From positions 1-62,142 of the forward strand of contig BTVI01000021.1 in assembly GCA_045862955.1 (NCBI GenBank): a stretch of 62,142 bases of DNA, written 5' to 3'. Positions 48,875 to 57,921 of this stretch are shown piece by piece. The DNA comes from Fimbriimonadales bacterium. Its GTDB lineage: Bacteria > Armatimonadota > Fimbriimonadia > Fimbriimonadales > JABRVX01. The first letter of the stretch is position 1. The number at the start of each line of letters is the position of its first letter. The position numbers were made by a program, and so were the translations under genes. The notes beneath the pieces were generated by a model. It did not search any database and was not told the origin of the DNA. It worked only from the letters and a program-made list of their open reading frames with translations.

Positions 48875-49290
48875 AGCAGTTCGAGTTCCTCGAACACACT
48901 GCCGACAAAGGGGCAATCGCCTACGGTAGCACCCTCGAGGAACTCTTCGCGAACGGCGCACTCTCCATGGTTTCCCTGATGTGCCGGCCCGATGCCGTCC
49001 CCGTGACGGAAGAGCGGCACATCACGATCAGCGCACCCGATCTCGAGACGCTGTTCGTGCGCTGGCTGAGCGAACTAGTGTATTTGCTGGATACAGAGGG
49101 ACTGCTAGGAACTCGGTTTAAGGTGGAGAGTGTGCGGAACGACACGATGACCGCGGTGGTGGGTTTCGCGCGAGTGGATCGCGAGTCGTTCGCACAAGAG
49201 GGTGCGCTCGTCAAAGCCATTACCTACCATGGACTCCAGATCGTGCAGAAGTCGGGAGTGTGGAGTGTTACCTACTACGTCGACGTGTGA
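48871..49290 (+). CDS. Archease
   Basis: EHTAD, WLSELVY, VKAITYH, C-terminal DV; GTGA-coupled to gyrA. Confidence 0.92.
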   Translation: MKQFEFLEHTADKGAIAYGSTLEELFANGALSMVSLMCRPDAVPVTEERHITISAPDLETLFVRWLSELVYLLDTEGLLGTRFKVESVRNDTMTAVVGFARVDRESFAQEGALVKAITYHGLQIVQKSGVWSVTYYVDV

Positions 49291-49298
49291 GGTGTGAA

Positions 49299-49745
49299 GT
49301 GCCTACGATAGAGAACTGCGTGATCGTCAACGCCCCGCTGGACAAGGTGTACGCCGTAGCGAAGGACGTGGAGCGGTTCCCCGAGTTCATGCCGGATGTT
49401 AAAGAACTCACCGTGCTGGAGCGTGACGGCAACCGTGTAGTGACACGCTGGGTCGGGGTCATACCCCAGTTCAAGGTGACGGTTCGATGGACCGAAGAGG
49501 ACGTGTGGGACGACGTGGCACACACCTGCACCTTTCGACAGCTCGAGGGGGATTACGATCGATTGGACGGCAGGTGGGAGTTCTCGGAGGTGCCGGAGGG
49601 GACGCGCTTTCGGTCCGAAGTGACCTATGAGTACAACGTTCCTCTGCTGGGCCCACTGGTAGCGCGGGTCGTCAAGCACTTGGTGTCGGCGAACATCCAG
49701 AACCTACTAGAGGCAGTGAAGAGGCGGGCCGAAGAACGCGGGTGA
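49299..49745 (+). CDS. SRPBCC/START (polyketide cyclase, Coq10/RatA-like) protein
   Basis: VNAPLDKVYAVAKDVERFPEFMP, GRWEF. Confidence 0.85.
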   Translation: MPTIENCVIVNAPLDKVYAVAKDVERFPEFMPDVKELTVLERDGNRVVTRWVGVIPQFKVTVRWTEEDVWDDVAHTCTFRQLEGDYDRLDGRWEFSEVPEGTRFRSEVTYEYNVPLLGPLVARVVKHLVSANIQNLLEAVKRRAEERG

Positions 49746-49817
49746 TATGCTGTCTCGTGCACCTGAGCCGGTTAGCGTGATCATAGGAGTAGCGTGTGGG
49801 CACGAGCCTCGCTGTTT

Positions 49818-49865
49818 CGTCATGGGGAGCCTGTCGAAACTCGACGTCGGCACCGGCGGCGATAC
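49818..49865 (+). repeat. Degenerate REP-A + linker copy
   Basis: CGTCATGGGGAGCCTGTCGAAACTCGACG followed by CGGCACCGGCGGCGAT, cf. 38601-38643. Confidence 0.55.
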
Positions 49866-49951
49866 CTCCAGCAACGGCGCCGTGTCATCCGACTGGCAAG
49901 GTGGTATCATAGCTCTCCGACCGACGGGTATGCAGTCACCGAGATAGGTAC

Positions 49952-52522
49952 ATGCAAGAGCCTGCTCCTAGCCTTAGGACGCTCGTCCAATACTACCTGC
50001 GCTGTCTCGAGGTCGAACGGCGCCACGAAGCGGAGTTCGCTTCGAATGCCATGGGCAAACTCGTTTTTCGGGTGCAGGCGCCGACGCACGACGAGTGGAG
50101 GCATGCGTTCGTCGAAGACTCGCAGGCGCTTTCGCACTGTGCGCGAGTAGCAGTCGGTAAGGGATCTCCCGTCATGTTCGCTGTTCTCGTGCGGCTGAGA
50201 GAGGAGAGACTGCGGCCGGTAGCAGGGGTCTTCGGCCGAATCGAGGACAACTCCTTCCAGCCCGATCCGCAGAACGTACACGTAGCCTCGCCGCTCGACA
50301 GTGAGATGCCGGAGGATCAACTGGTCGCACTCAGAGATGCACTGGAACGCGCGGTGCGCTCCGGGCCAACGGACTTCGTGAAAGCAGTGCGCTCAGCCGC
50401 TAGCGATCTCGAGATAGTCGATCTGGGGCCTACGGACAACCCGTTCGCGTTGGAACCCGGCTCGGTAGCGTTCATGCCATGTCTGATGGTGATCGAAGCC
50501 GAGGTTCGATACGACCGAGGACTGGTAAGCGAGTTGACGCAGATAGGTGGCGAATCGTCTGCCTGCGCCGGCTGTGCACTCGCGTACCTGTTTGCACCAC
50601 GCAGAGAGGTGACTCTGCCTACGCTGGATGACATGCTACGCTGTCTAGCAAGTCCATTGTCACCTACCTTCGCGCAAGCGGAAGTGCTGGCGTTCGCCTT
50701 ACACAATCCCCTCGTCACCGTGACTGGGCCGCCGGGCACCGGGAAGACACTCACCATCGTGGCTATGATTGTCGAGGCCCTCCTTCGGAACGAGTCGGTC
50801 CTTCTGGCCAGCAAAATCAACTTCGCAGTAGATGCAGCGGTTGCCCTTGCGGACCGACTGCTCGGCCCACTGCTCTTGCGCACGGGCAGTGAGACGGCGC
50901 GAGCGACACTCGCCCTGAAACTTGCCAACCTGAGCAATACTGCTACCTGGCCCCGCACGGAGTTGCTCACGGAGCAGCCAGGTGCATCCACAGCGTCTCC
51001 GCCAATCAGCCTCGATAGGGACGTGCGCAAGCTTCGACGACTCTCCCAGCATCTGGCAGCATGTCACTTTCCACTGCGATGGTGGAACTTCTTCTCGAGG
51101 GCTCGTGCTCGAAGGTTTGGCGCACTATGGGAGAAACTGACCGACGACTCGGACGCCGTTCTCACCGACCTGATCCCAACCATGAGGACTCGGCGCGTGG
51201 CACAACTCCGACAAAGGCTCGACAACTTGCTCGCCTCAGCAAGGCCTCACTTGAGTCGGCTGTCTACGGCACTATCAGCGGGAACTCGGGAGCGGCACCG
51301 ATGCTTCGAGACCTTGGTGCAACTCGGTTTCCCCATCGCAGTCACGAATCTAGCAGTCTCGTCGAATCTACCTTTGCGTCGCGGTGTTTTCGACCTGCTG
51401 ATCGTAGACGAAGCTTCGGCTTGTGATCCGGCATCGCTGATACCTTTGCTCTACCGCGCCAAGAGAGCCGTCATCGTCGGCGATCCGCACCAGCTAACAC
51501 ATATATTCCAGAGAAATGTCGAGCAAGTAGTGCCGGTGCCGCAGCTCCGCTCGGCCGGTGGAGCGGTCGTTGGCGCGTCCTTCTCGGCATCGTCCTTTCA
51601 CCTAGCCTCGCAGATTACTCCCGACCCCGTCCAGCGAACACTGCTCGATCACTTTCGCTGTCCACCACCTATCATTCGCTTTTCGAGCCGGAGGTTTTAC
51701 GGAGGCATACTCAGGATTCGCACATCGGATAGACCGGATGCGATTGCCACACGAGCGGTAGATGGTCCCCATGAGACCGCGCGTGGACGCAGCAAGACGA
51801 ACCGGAAGCAGGTGGAGGCGGTGTGTGACGTCCTTCAGTCACTGAGGGACCGCTTTCCCGGCGAGAGCCTGGGAGTAGTAACACCCTGGCGTGCGTTCAA
51901 GGAGGATGTCCGTGCCGAACTGTTGGCGCATCCAGTTCTCTCGGAGCATCTGCGAAGCAATCGCCTCATCGCTGATACCGCGCACGGTTTTCAGGGGACC
52001 GAAGTGGACAATGTCGTCTTTGCTACGGTCCTCGGTGACGACGCCGACACTTCCGCGCTGTCATGGCTGGAGAATCCGAACCTTTTCAACGTGGCGATTA
52101 CCAGGGCGAGAAAGAGGTTGATCGTGGTGGGCAGCCGGGGAGTTCTTACGAGCACCAAGTCGCGGCTTCTCCGCTTCCTCGTAACCACTAGTGATACGGA
52201 CGACGAGAGCACGAATGCTGGAGGTAGGTTGCACCCACTCGGCTCCTGGCTTCAGTCCCTCGGTCTTACGGTGATACCTGATAGCCATTGTCGCGGATTC
52301 CCGGTGACGATGCACGGCCTCGCTGGTAGTACGAGGTGGAGCCTGCGACTGCTGGAGTGGGATGAACTGAAGAAGCTCAGCTCGATCGATCTGCTCCGGA
52401 TGACGATGGATAAGCGCGACCTGGAGGCTCTGGGCATCAAGTGTGTCATCGTGCCGCCAGTCGAGAGTCAGAACATGACAATGCGTTGGCTTGCCAGGGA
52501 AGGGCTCGTGCCAGGTATCTGA
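49952..52522 (+). CDS. SF1 (DNA2/NAM7/Upf1-like, AAA_11/AAA_12) helicase with unknown N-terminus and degenerate nuclease-like C-terminus
   Basis: GPPGTGKT, IVDEAS, VGDPHQL, HFRC, TAHGFQG.E, FNVAITRAR. Confidence 0.85.
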   Translation: MQEPAPSLRTLVQYYLRCLEVERRHEAEFASNAMGKLVFRVQAPTHDEWRHAFVEDSQALSHCARVAVGKGSPVMFAVLVRLREERLRPVAGVFGRIEDNSFQPDPQNVHVASPLDSEMPEDQLVALRDALERAVRSGPTDFVKAVRSAASDLEIVDLGPTDNPFALEPGSVAFMPCLMVIEAEVRYDRGLVSELTQIGGESSACAGCALAYLFAPRREVTLPTLDDMLRCLASPLSPTFAQAEVLAFALHNPLVTVTGPPGTGKTLTIVAMIVEALLRNESVLLASKINFAVDAAVALADRLLGPLLLRTGSETARATLALKLANLSNTATWPRTELLTEQPGASTASPPISLDRDVRKLRRLSQHLAACHFPLRWWNFFSRARARRFGALWEKLTDDSDAVLTDLIPTMRTRRVAQLRQRLDNLLASARPHLSRLSTALSAGTRERHRCFETLVQLGFPIAVTNLAVSSNLPLRRGVFDLLIVDEASACDPASLIPLLYRAKRAVIVGDPHQLTHIFQRNVEQVVPVPQLRSAGGAVVGASFSASSFHLASQITPDPVQRTLLDHFRCPPPIIRFSSRRFYGGILRIRTSDRPDAIATRAVDGPHETARGRSKTNRKQVEAVCDVLQSLRDRFPGESLGVVTPWRAFKEDVRAELLAHPVLSEHLRSNRLIADTAHGFQGTEVDNVVFATVLGDDADTSALSWLENPNLFNVAITRARKRLIVVGSRGVLTSTKSRLLRFLVTTSDTDDESTNAGGRLHPLGSWLQSLGLTVIPDSHCRGFPVTMHGLAGSTRWSLRLLEWDELKKLSSIDLLRMTMDKRDLEALGIKCVIVPPVESQNMTMRWLAREGLVPGI

Positions 52523-52541
52523 CAAACGGCCGGAAACAGCT

Positions 52542-54419
52542 TCAGAAGTCTATCACGATGCTGTAGACGCCCTCGGAGAGCTTACTCTGTACCTTCAGCC
52601 CGCTCTTGTTCAAGACCGCGATCATAGCACGGTTCTCGCGCAGGACCTCTGCCGTAAAGCCCCGGATGCCGTTGCGTCGGGCGATCTCCGCGAGATACTT
52701 CAACATGAAACTGCCGATACCCTTGCGCTGCCACTTGTCACGTACCAAGAAAGCGACCTCTGCGCGGTTCGTTTTCGGGTCGAGATAGTAGCGGCCGACG
52801 GCGATGATCTCCTCGCCGTGTGCCTCGGGCAGCGTGGCTACGATGGCGACCTCGTTGCGGTGGTCTATATATACGAAGTCCTGTACCTGCTTCTGGGGCA
52901 GTTTCTTCATGGAGCGCATGAAGCGGTAGTAGACCGTCTGCTCGGAGAGGTCGTAAAACAGATCGCGCACGTTGGGTTCGTCGGTCGGGTGAATGGGCCG
53001 AAAGTTGACCTGTGTGCCATCTGCCAGTACCATGGAAGTTCGCAGTTCTTCGGGGCCTACGATGATACGTCCCTCGACGTCGCGCATCCCGGGACGTATG
53101 TACTTGCAGTCGATGGCTTCTCGGAATAGCTGCGCGCGAAAGTCGGGGTGTGCGATGCTGATGAGTGCCAAAGCACGCTGTTGCACCGTCTTGCCGTGTA
53201 GGTAGGCAACACCGTACTCCGTCACCACATAGTGCACGTCGCCGCGCGTCGTCACCACTCCGGCCCCCGGACTCAGCACGGAGACGATTCGGGAAACGGT
53301 ACCATTCTTGGCAGTCGAAGGCAGGGCGATGATGGCCTTGCCATCTTCTGCCCGCGCGGCACCACGGTTGAAGTCCACTTGCCCGCCGATACCCGAGTAG
53401 AACCGTGTTCCGAGGGAGTCCGCACAAACTTGACCCGTCAGATCCACTTGCAGCGCGGTGTTAATTGCAACCATCTTGTGTTGCTGGGAGATCACGTATG
53501 GGTCGTTTACATACTCCGTGGGCCGCAAGCAGAAAGCGGGGTTGTTATCTATGAAGTCGTACACCTTTCGTGAGCCGACCACGAAACTCGCAACCACCCT
53601 TCCGCGATCGCTGGTCTTTCGGGAACCGTTGATCACCCCGCGCTCCACCAACTCGACGATACGGTCGGAGAACATTTCCGTATGCACTCCGAGGTCCTTC
53701 TTGTCTTTCATGAACTCTAACACGGCTTGGGGGATGCGGCCGATTCCCAACTCGATGGTAGCCCCGTCTTCCACCAGCGATGCTACGTATTCACCGATGC
53801 GGGTCGTCACCTCGGTCAGTTCGACGGGACGTACCTCCATCAGTGGCACATCCACGGGGACCAAGTAGTCAATCTCTTCGGCAGAGAGGAACGTATCACC
53901 GAGGGTACGTGGCATCTGCGGGTTAACCTGTGCTATTACCATCGAGGCGTTCTCGGCGGCGGCCTTCGTGATGTCCACGGAGATGCCGAGGCTACAACGT
54001 CCTCTGGAGTCCGGCGGGCTCACATGGATGAGCGCAACGTCCAACGGGTATTGCCCGGTGCGAAACAGGCGGGGTATCTCCGATAGGAAGATGGGTGTGT
54101 AGTCGCCCAACCCCTCCTGAATCATGCCACGTACATTCTCGGCGATGAAGAAGCTGTTCACTCGGAACTGCTCGGCTAGTTCCTTCGCCGCATAGGGGGC
54201 CTCGCCCATGGTAAGCAAGTGAACGATTTCGGTGTCTGCCAGCTCGTTCGCCCGCGCGACCAATGCCCTGACCAACTCTAGAGGCTGGCCGCAGGCAGAT
54301 CCTATGAATACTCGCTCTCCCGGGCGGATGTGAGAAACCGCCTGCTCGGCCGTGCGTATCTGGCTCTTGTATTTGACTTGCCACTCCGGGTCGTAGGTGA
54401 CCTGCTTCTCCTGGTTCAT
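52542..54419 (-). CDS. Acetyl-CoA hydrolase/CoA-transferase fused to C-terminal GNAT acetyltransferase
   Basis: LGIGRIP, HTEM, GIGGQVDF, VVTEYG; then FRPIHPTD..YYRF..AEVAFLVRDKWQRKGIG. Confidence 0.9.
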   Translation of the reverse strand: MNQEKQVTYDPEWQVKYKSQIRTAEQAVSHIRPGERVFIGSACGQPLELVRALVARANELADTEIVHLLTMGEAPYAAKELAEQFRVNSFFIAENVRGMIQEGLGDYTPIFLSEIPRLFRTGQYPLDVALIHVSPPDSRGRCSLGISVDITKAAAENASMVIAQVNPQMPRTLGDTFLSAEEIDYLVPVDVPLMEVRPVELTEVTTRIGEYVASLVEDGATIELGIGRIPQAVLEFMKDKKDLGVHTEMFSDRIVELVERGVINGSRKTSDRGRVVASFVVGSRKVYDFIDNNPAFCLRPTEYVNDPYVISQQHKMVAINTALQVDLTGQVCADSLGTRFYSGIGGQVDFNRGAARAEDGKAIIALPSTAKNGTVSRIVSVLSPGAGVVTTRGDVHYVVTEYGVAYLHGKTVQQRALALISIAHPDFRAQLFREAIDCKYIRPGMRDVEGRIIVGPEELRTSMVLADGTQVNFRPIHPTDEPNVRDLFYDLSEQTVYYRFMRSMKKLPQKQVQDFVYIDHRNEVAIVATLPEAHGEEIIAVGRYYLDPKTNRAEVAFLVRDKWQRKGIGSFMLKYLAEIARRNGIRGFTAEVLRENRAMIAVLNKSGLKVQSKLSEGVYSIVIDF

Positions 54420-54421
54420 GA

Positions 54422-56515
54422 TCAATCCCCTAACTTAAGAGTGATCCTGGCGTCCGCGGCGATGGGCTCCATGCCCACCGGTCCGGTGATGAGCGGGTTG
54501 ATATCCATCTCTTGAATCTGTGGGAAGTCGGTGACGAGCTGGCTGATACGTTGGAGCGCCGCAGCAATCGCGTTGATATCCACGCGCGCCTGGCCACGCG
54601 CGCCTTGCAGTAGTGCTGCCGAGCGTGTACTCATAAGCATCTGTACGGCTTCGTCGGCAGTGATGGGTGCGAGATGGAAGGTGACATCCTTCATGACCTC
54701 TACGAAGATGCCACCGAGTCCGAACATCAGCATCGGGCCGAATTGTGGGTCGCGCGTCATGCCGATGATGACCTCGCGGCCCGGCTTGCACATCTCCTCG
54801 ACGTAGACGCCGTCTAGCCTCGCTTCGGGCATCCGCTTGCTGATACGCAGCATCATGAGCTCATAGGCATCGCGCACGTCGTCTGGGGTGTTCAGACGCA
54901 GCTTCACACCACCGATGTCCGACTTGTGGATGATGTCCGGTGAGTGGATCTTCATCGCAACGGGATAGCCGATGAGCGTAGCCACCTCTACCGCCTCTTC
55001 CACCGAGAATGCCAGTTGCCCTTTCGGCACGTTGAAGTCGTAGGCGCGCAGAATGTCCTTCGCGTCGGCCTCGCCTACCTGCGTGCGCCGGAGTCGGTTG
55101 TGCCGCGTGATGATACGCTCCACTCTACGCCTATTGACAGGAAAACGCGCCAGGACGCGAGGTGGCCGCCGTCTCCAGGCAGCATAATCCACCATGGCAC
55201 GTAATGCATCCACTGCCCGCTCGGGCGAAGTGAAATCGGGCAGGTTGTGTGCTACTAACTCCGCTCTTCCCGGCATCACGTCTGCGCCGCCCATGAACAC
55301 TGCCAGAACTGGCTTCTCGCCGCGAACGCATGCGGCTATGGCTCGAGCGGTATCTGCAGCACGGGTCATGGCCTGCGGAGTTAGTATGGTAACGATGGCA
55401 TCCACCGCGTCATCGTCCTGTGCTGCGTTCACTGCCATCGCATAGCGTTCCGGGTCGGCGTCGCCGAGTACGTCTATGGGATTGCCGACGCTGGCCGCTG
55501 CGGGCAGTTTTTCGCGCAACGCCTCCGCCGCTTCTTCCAGCGGTCCGACCTGCATGCCAGCGCTCTCCGCCGCATCCGCTGCCATGATTCCGGGGCCTCC
55601 GGCGTTGGTGACGATTGCCACCCGATTGCCCTTGGGCAGCGGTTGCATGGCAAAGGCGGTTGCATAGTCCATCAACTGCTCGAAGGTGTCGGCACGGATG
55701 ACGCCCGCACGCCGGAATGCAGCGCCATAGGCGATGTCCGCACCTGCCAGGCTGCCCGTGTGAGAAGAAGCCGCTTTCGCTCCGGCCTGTGTGGTGCCAA
55801 CTTTCAGAATCACGACGGGCTTGATCGATGCGACGTTCTCGGCCACGCGAATGAACTGATTGCCGTCGGTAATGCTCTCCAGGTACAGGACGATGACCTT
55901 CGTATCTGGATCGTCGGCGAGTGCGGCCAAAAAGTCGGTTTCGGTCAGGTCGGCCTTGTTGCCCATGCTGATCAGCTTGGAGAGGCCCAGCAGCCGCCCG
56001 GCTGCCCAGTCGAGGATCGCCGTGCACAGCGCGCCGGATTGCGAAACGACGGAAATGCCACCTTTTAGCGGCATCTGCGTGGCAAAGGACGCATTCAACT
56101 TGTGGTGCGTGTTGATCAGGCCCAGACAGTTCGGCCCCATCACCCGAACGCCACGGGACGTGCAATAGGCGGCGATTTCGTGCTCCAGCTTGGCCCCATC
56201 GGCGCCCGTCTCGCGAAATCCGGCGGTGATGATAATGATCGCCTGTGCGCCGGCCTGCACCGAGGCCTCGACCGCTGCCTTCACGGCCGGCGTCGGAACG
56301 GCTACCACGCTTAGTTCGATGGGCTCGCCGTAGGTCTTGAGATCCGGGTAGCACCGGAACCCGCAAACCTCGTCCGCACTGGGGTTGACCGGCACGACCG
56401 GACCTTCGAACCCACCTTTTCGGAGGTTGTCAACGATCGCGTAGCCGACCTTGCCGGGGGTACGCGAGGCGCCGATCACTGCGACCGATTTCGGTGTGAG
56501 CAAAGCCTCTATCAT
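54422..56515 (-). CDS. NDP-forming acyl-CoA synthetase (acetate-CoA ligase, ADP-forming; fused alpha/beta)
   Basis: VAVIGAS, GPNCLG, SQSGA, ASSHTGSLAG (phospho-His), TNAGG, HKSDIGGV, DINP. Confidence 0.9.
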   Translation of the reverse strand: MIEALLTPKSVAVIGASRTPGKVGYAIVDNLRKGGFEGPVVPVNPSADEVCGFRCYPDLKTYGEPIELSVVAVPTPAVKAAVEASVQAGAQAIIIITAGFRETGADGAKLEHEIAAYCTSRGVRVMGPNCLGLINTHHKLNASFATQMPLKGGISVVSQSGALCTAILDWAAGRLLGLSKLISMGNKADLTETDFLAALADDPDTKVIVLYLESITDGNQFIRVAENVASIKPVVILKVGTTQAGAKAASSHTGSLAGADIAYGAAFRRAGVIRADTFEQLMDYATAFAMQPLPKGNRVAIVTNAGGPGIMAADAAESAGMQVGPLEEAAEALREKLPAAASVGNPIDVLGDADPERYAMAVNAAQDDDAVDAIVTILTPQAMTRAADTARAIAACVRGEKPVLAVFMGGADVMPGRAELVAHNLPDFTSPERAVDALRAMVDYAAWRRRPPRVLARFPVNRRRVERIITRHNRLRRTQVGEADAKDILRAYDFNVPKGQLAFSVEEAVEVATLIGYPVAMKIHSPDIIHKSDIGGVKLRLNTPDDVRDAYELMMLRISKRMPEARLDGVYVEEMCKPGREVIIGMTRDPQFGPMLMFGLGGIFVEVMKDVTFHLAPITADEAVQMLMSTRSAALLQGARGQARVDINAIAAALQRISQLVTDFPQIQEMDINPLITGPVGMEPIAADARITLKLGD

Positions 56516-56784
56516 CGTCTGCAGTCCTTTCCAGATGGGTGGGTGCCGGCAGCGGGTCGGCGGCCTCGGTCCCTTCCGAGGGCTCGCGGGATCTCTTCGC
56601 CCCGTGGCCCCCTGGCCCTTGTTGGGTCCGTCCGCTCACACCCTTCACCTCGGGTACGTTACCCTATGAAGGGACCCAACCCGAGCAGGGTGCAGGGCCA
56701 TTTGAGCAATTTGGCACAAACACAGTCGTGTCGGGCTAGGGCGACGCATGAACACCCGGCAGACCGTTGGGAGGCACTGGTGAC

Positions 56785-57081
56785 ATGGAGATTTCGCTTC
56801 GGGAACCGAACAGTGGACAGCCGTACCCCGTGGTAGAGGGCGGCGCACACGGGACACTGATGATCGTCAGCCGATCCTTCGCCGAAGTGTACCCATTTTA
56901 CAAACTGGCAGGCCAGACGGCTGCCGCCACGCTGGCAACCCTGAGGGAGGCCGTGCAGCGGCTCGGGACGGAGCGCGACGTGGACTACAACGAGCCTAGC
57001 GAAGGAAATGTCGGTCATGTCTGCTCTCTGCTCGTCGAGTGGGCAGAGCGCCACCCCGCCGGTGTGTGGGAAGTGACCTAG
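56785..57081 (+). CDS. Small hypothetical protein (98 aa)
   Basis: GGAGG RBS; DYNEPSEGNVGHVCSLLVEWAERHPAGVW; TAG stop overlaps the SRAP TAG within CTAG. Confidence 0.7.
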   Translation: MEISLREPNSGQPYPVVEGGAHGTLMIVSRSFAEVYPFYKLAGQTAAATLATLREAVQRLGTERDVDYNEPSEGNVGHVCSLLVEWAERHPAGVWEVT

Positions 57082-57743
57082 GCGACGGCGCGAATGCACT
57101 CCGGACCCTCGTTCCGAGGGTTGTTCACGTAGGTGCTGACCGGACGGACCTCCATGGCCTCCGATGGAAACGGCTTTAGCAATCCGAGCAGGTCTCCCAG
57201 CCTGGCCTCAGGCGCTAGCCAAGCGTCGCTCTCCTCGGGACGCAGGATAACCGGCATGCGGTTGTGGATGGGTGCCATGACCTCGTTCGGCTCGGTCGTC
57301 AGAAGCGTGCATGTCTCCAGCACCTCTCCGTCGGGGCTCTTCCAGATCTCCCAGAGCGAAGCGAAGGCGAACGGCTCTCCTCCAGCGAGCCGGATGTAGA
57401 CCGGTTGTTTCCTTCCGTTCGTGGGCTGCCACTCGTAGAACCCATCAGCGGGCATCAAGCATCGGCGCTTCCGGAATGCGTTTCGAAACGAAGGTTTTTC
57501 GGCCACCGTCTCCGAGCGCGCGTTGAACAGCTTAGCGCCGATCGAGGTGTCCTTCGCCCAACCTGGCACCAGCCCCCATTGCAGCAGAGCCAGCTCACGC
57601 TCACCCTCGGCATCGAGCCGAATCGCCGGCACCCGCTGGCTGGGTGCTATGTTGAAGCGTGGTTCGACGTCGGCGAAGCGGGTAAGTCCGTAGAGCTTCG
57701 AAAGGGCGTCTGCCGGCAGCGTCATCGTGTATCTCGCGCACAT
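57078..57743 (-). CDS. SOS response-associated peptidase (SRAP/YedK/HMCES abasic-site protector)
   Basis: N-terminal MCARY (catalytic Cys2), FNIAP, WGL, NARSET, GFYEW, IHNRMPVIL. Confidence 0.93.
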   Translation of the reverse strand: MCARYTMTLPADALSKLYGLTRFADVEPRFNIAPSQRVPAIRLDAEGERELALLQWGLVPGWAKDTSIGAKLFNARSETVAEKPSFRNAFRKRRCLMPADGFYEWQPTNGRKQPVYIRLAGGEPFAFASLWEIWKSPDGEVLETCTLLTTEPNEVMAPIHNRMPVILRPEESDAWLAPEARLGDLLGLLKPFPSEAMEVRPVSTYVNNPRNEGPECIRAVA

Positions 57744-57921
57744 ATTTCGATCGTACACTCCCTCGAACCCGAACGGTACGGATAGTTTGCGGGTGCGGAA
57801 CCCGCGTTTCTCTGGTAATATTGGAGCGTCTTGAACGCCCGATGACGCCGGCAGAGATGCAGTGTTGCTCCCTGCCGCAGTCTGGTTCGGCACAACCGAC
57901 GCACCTCAACGAGGAGGAGAT

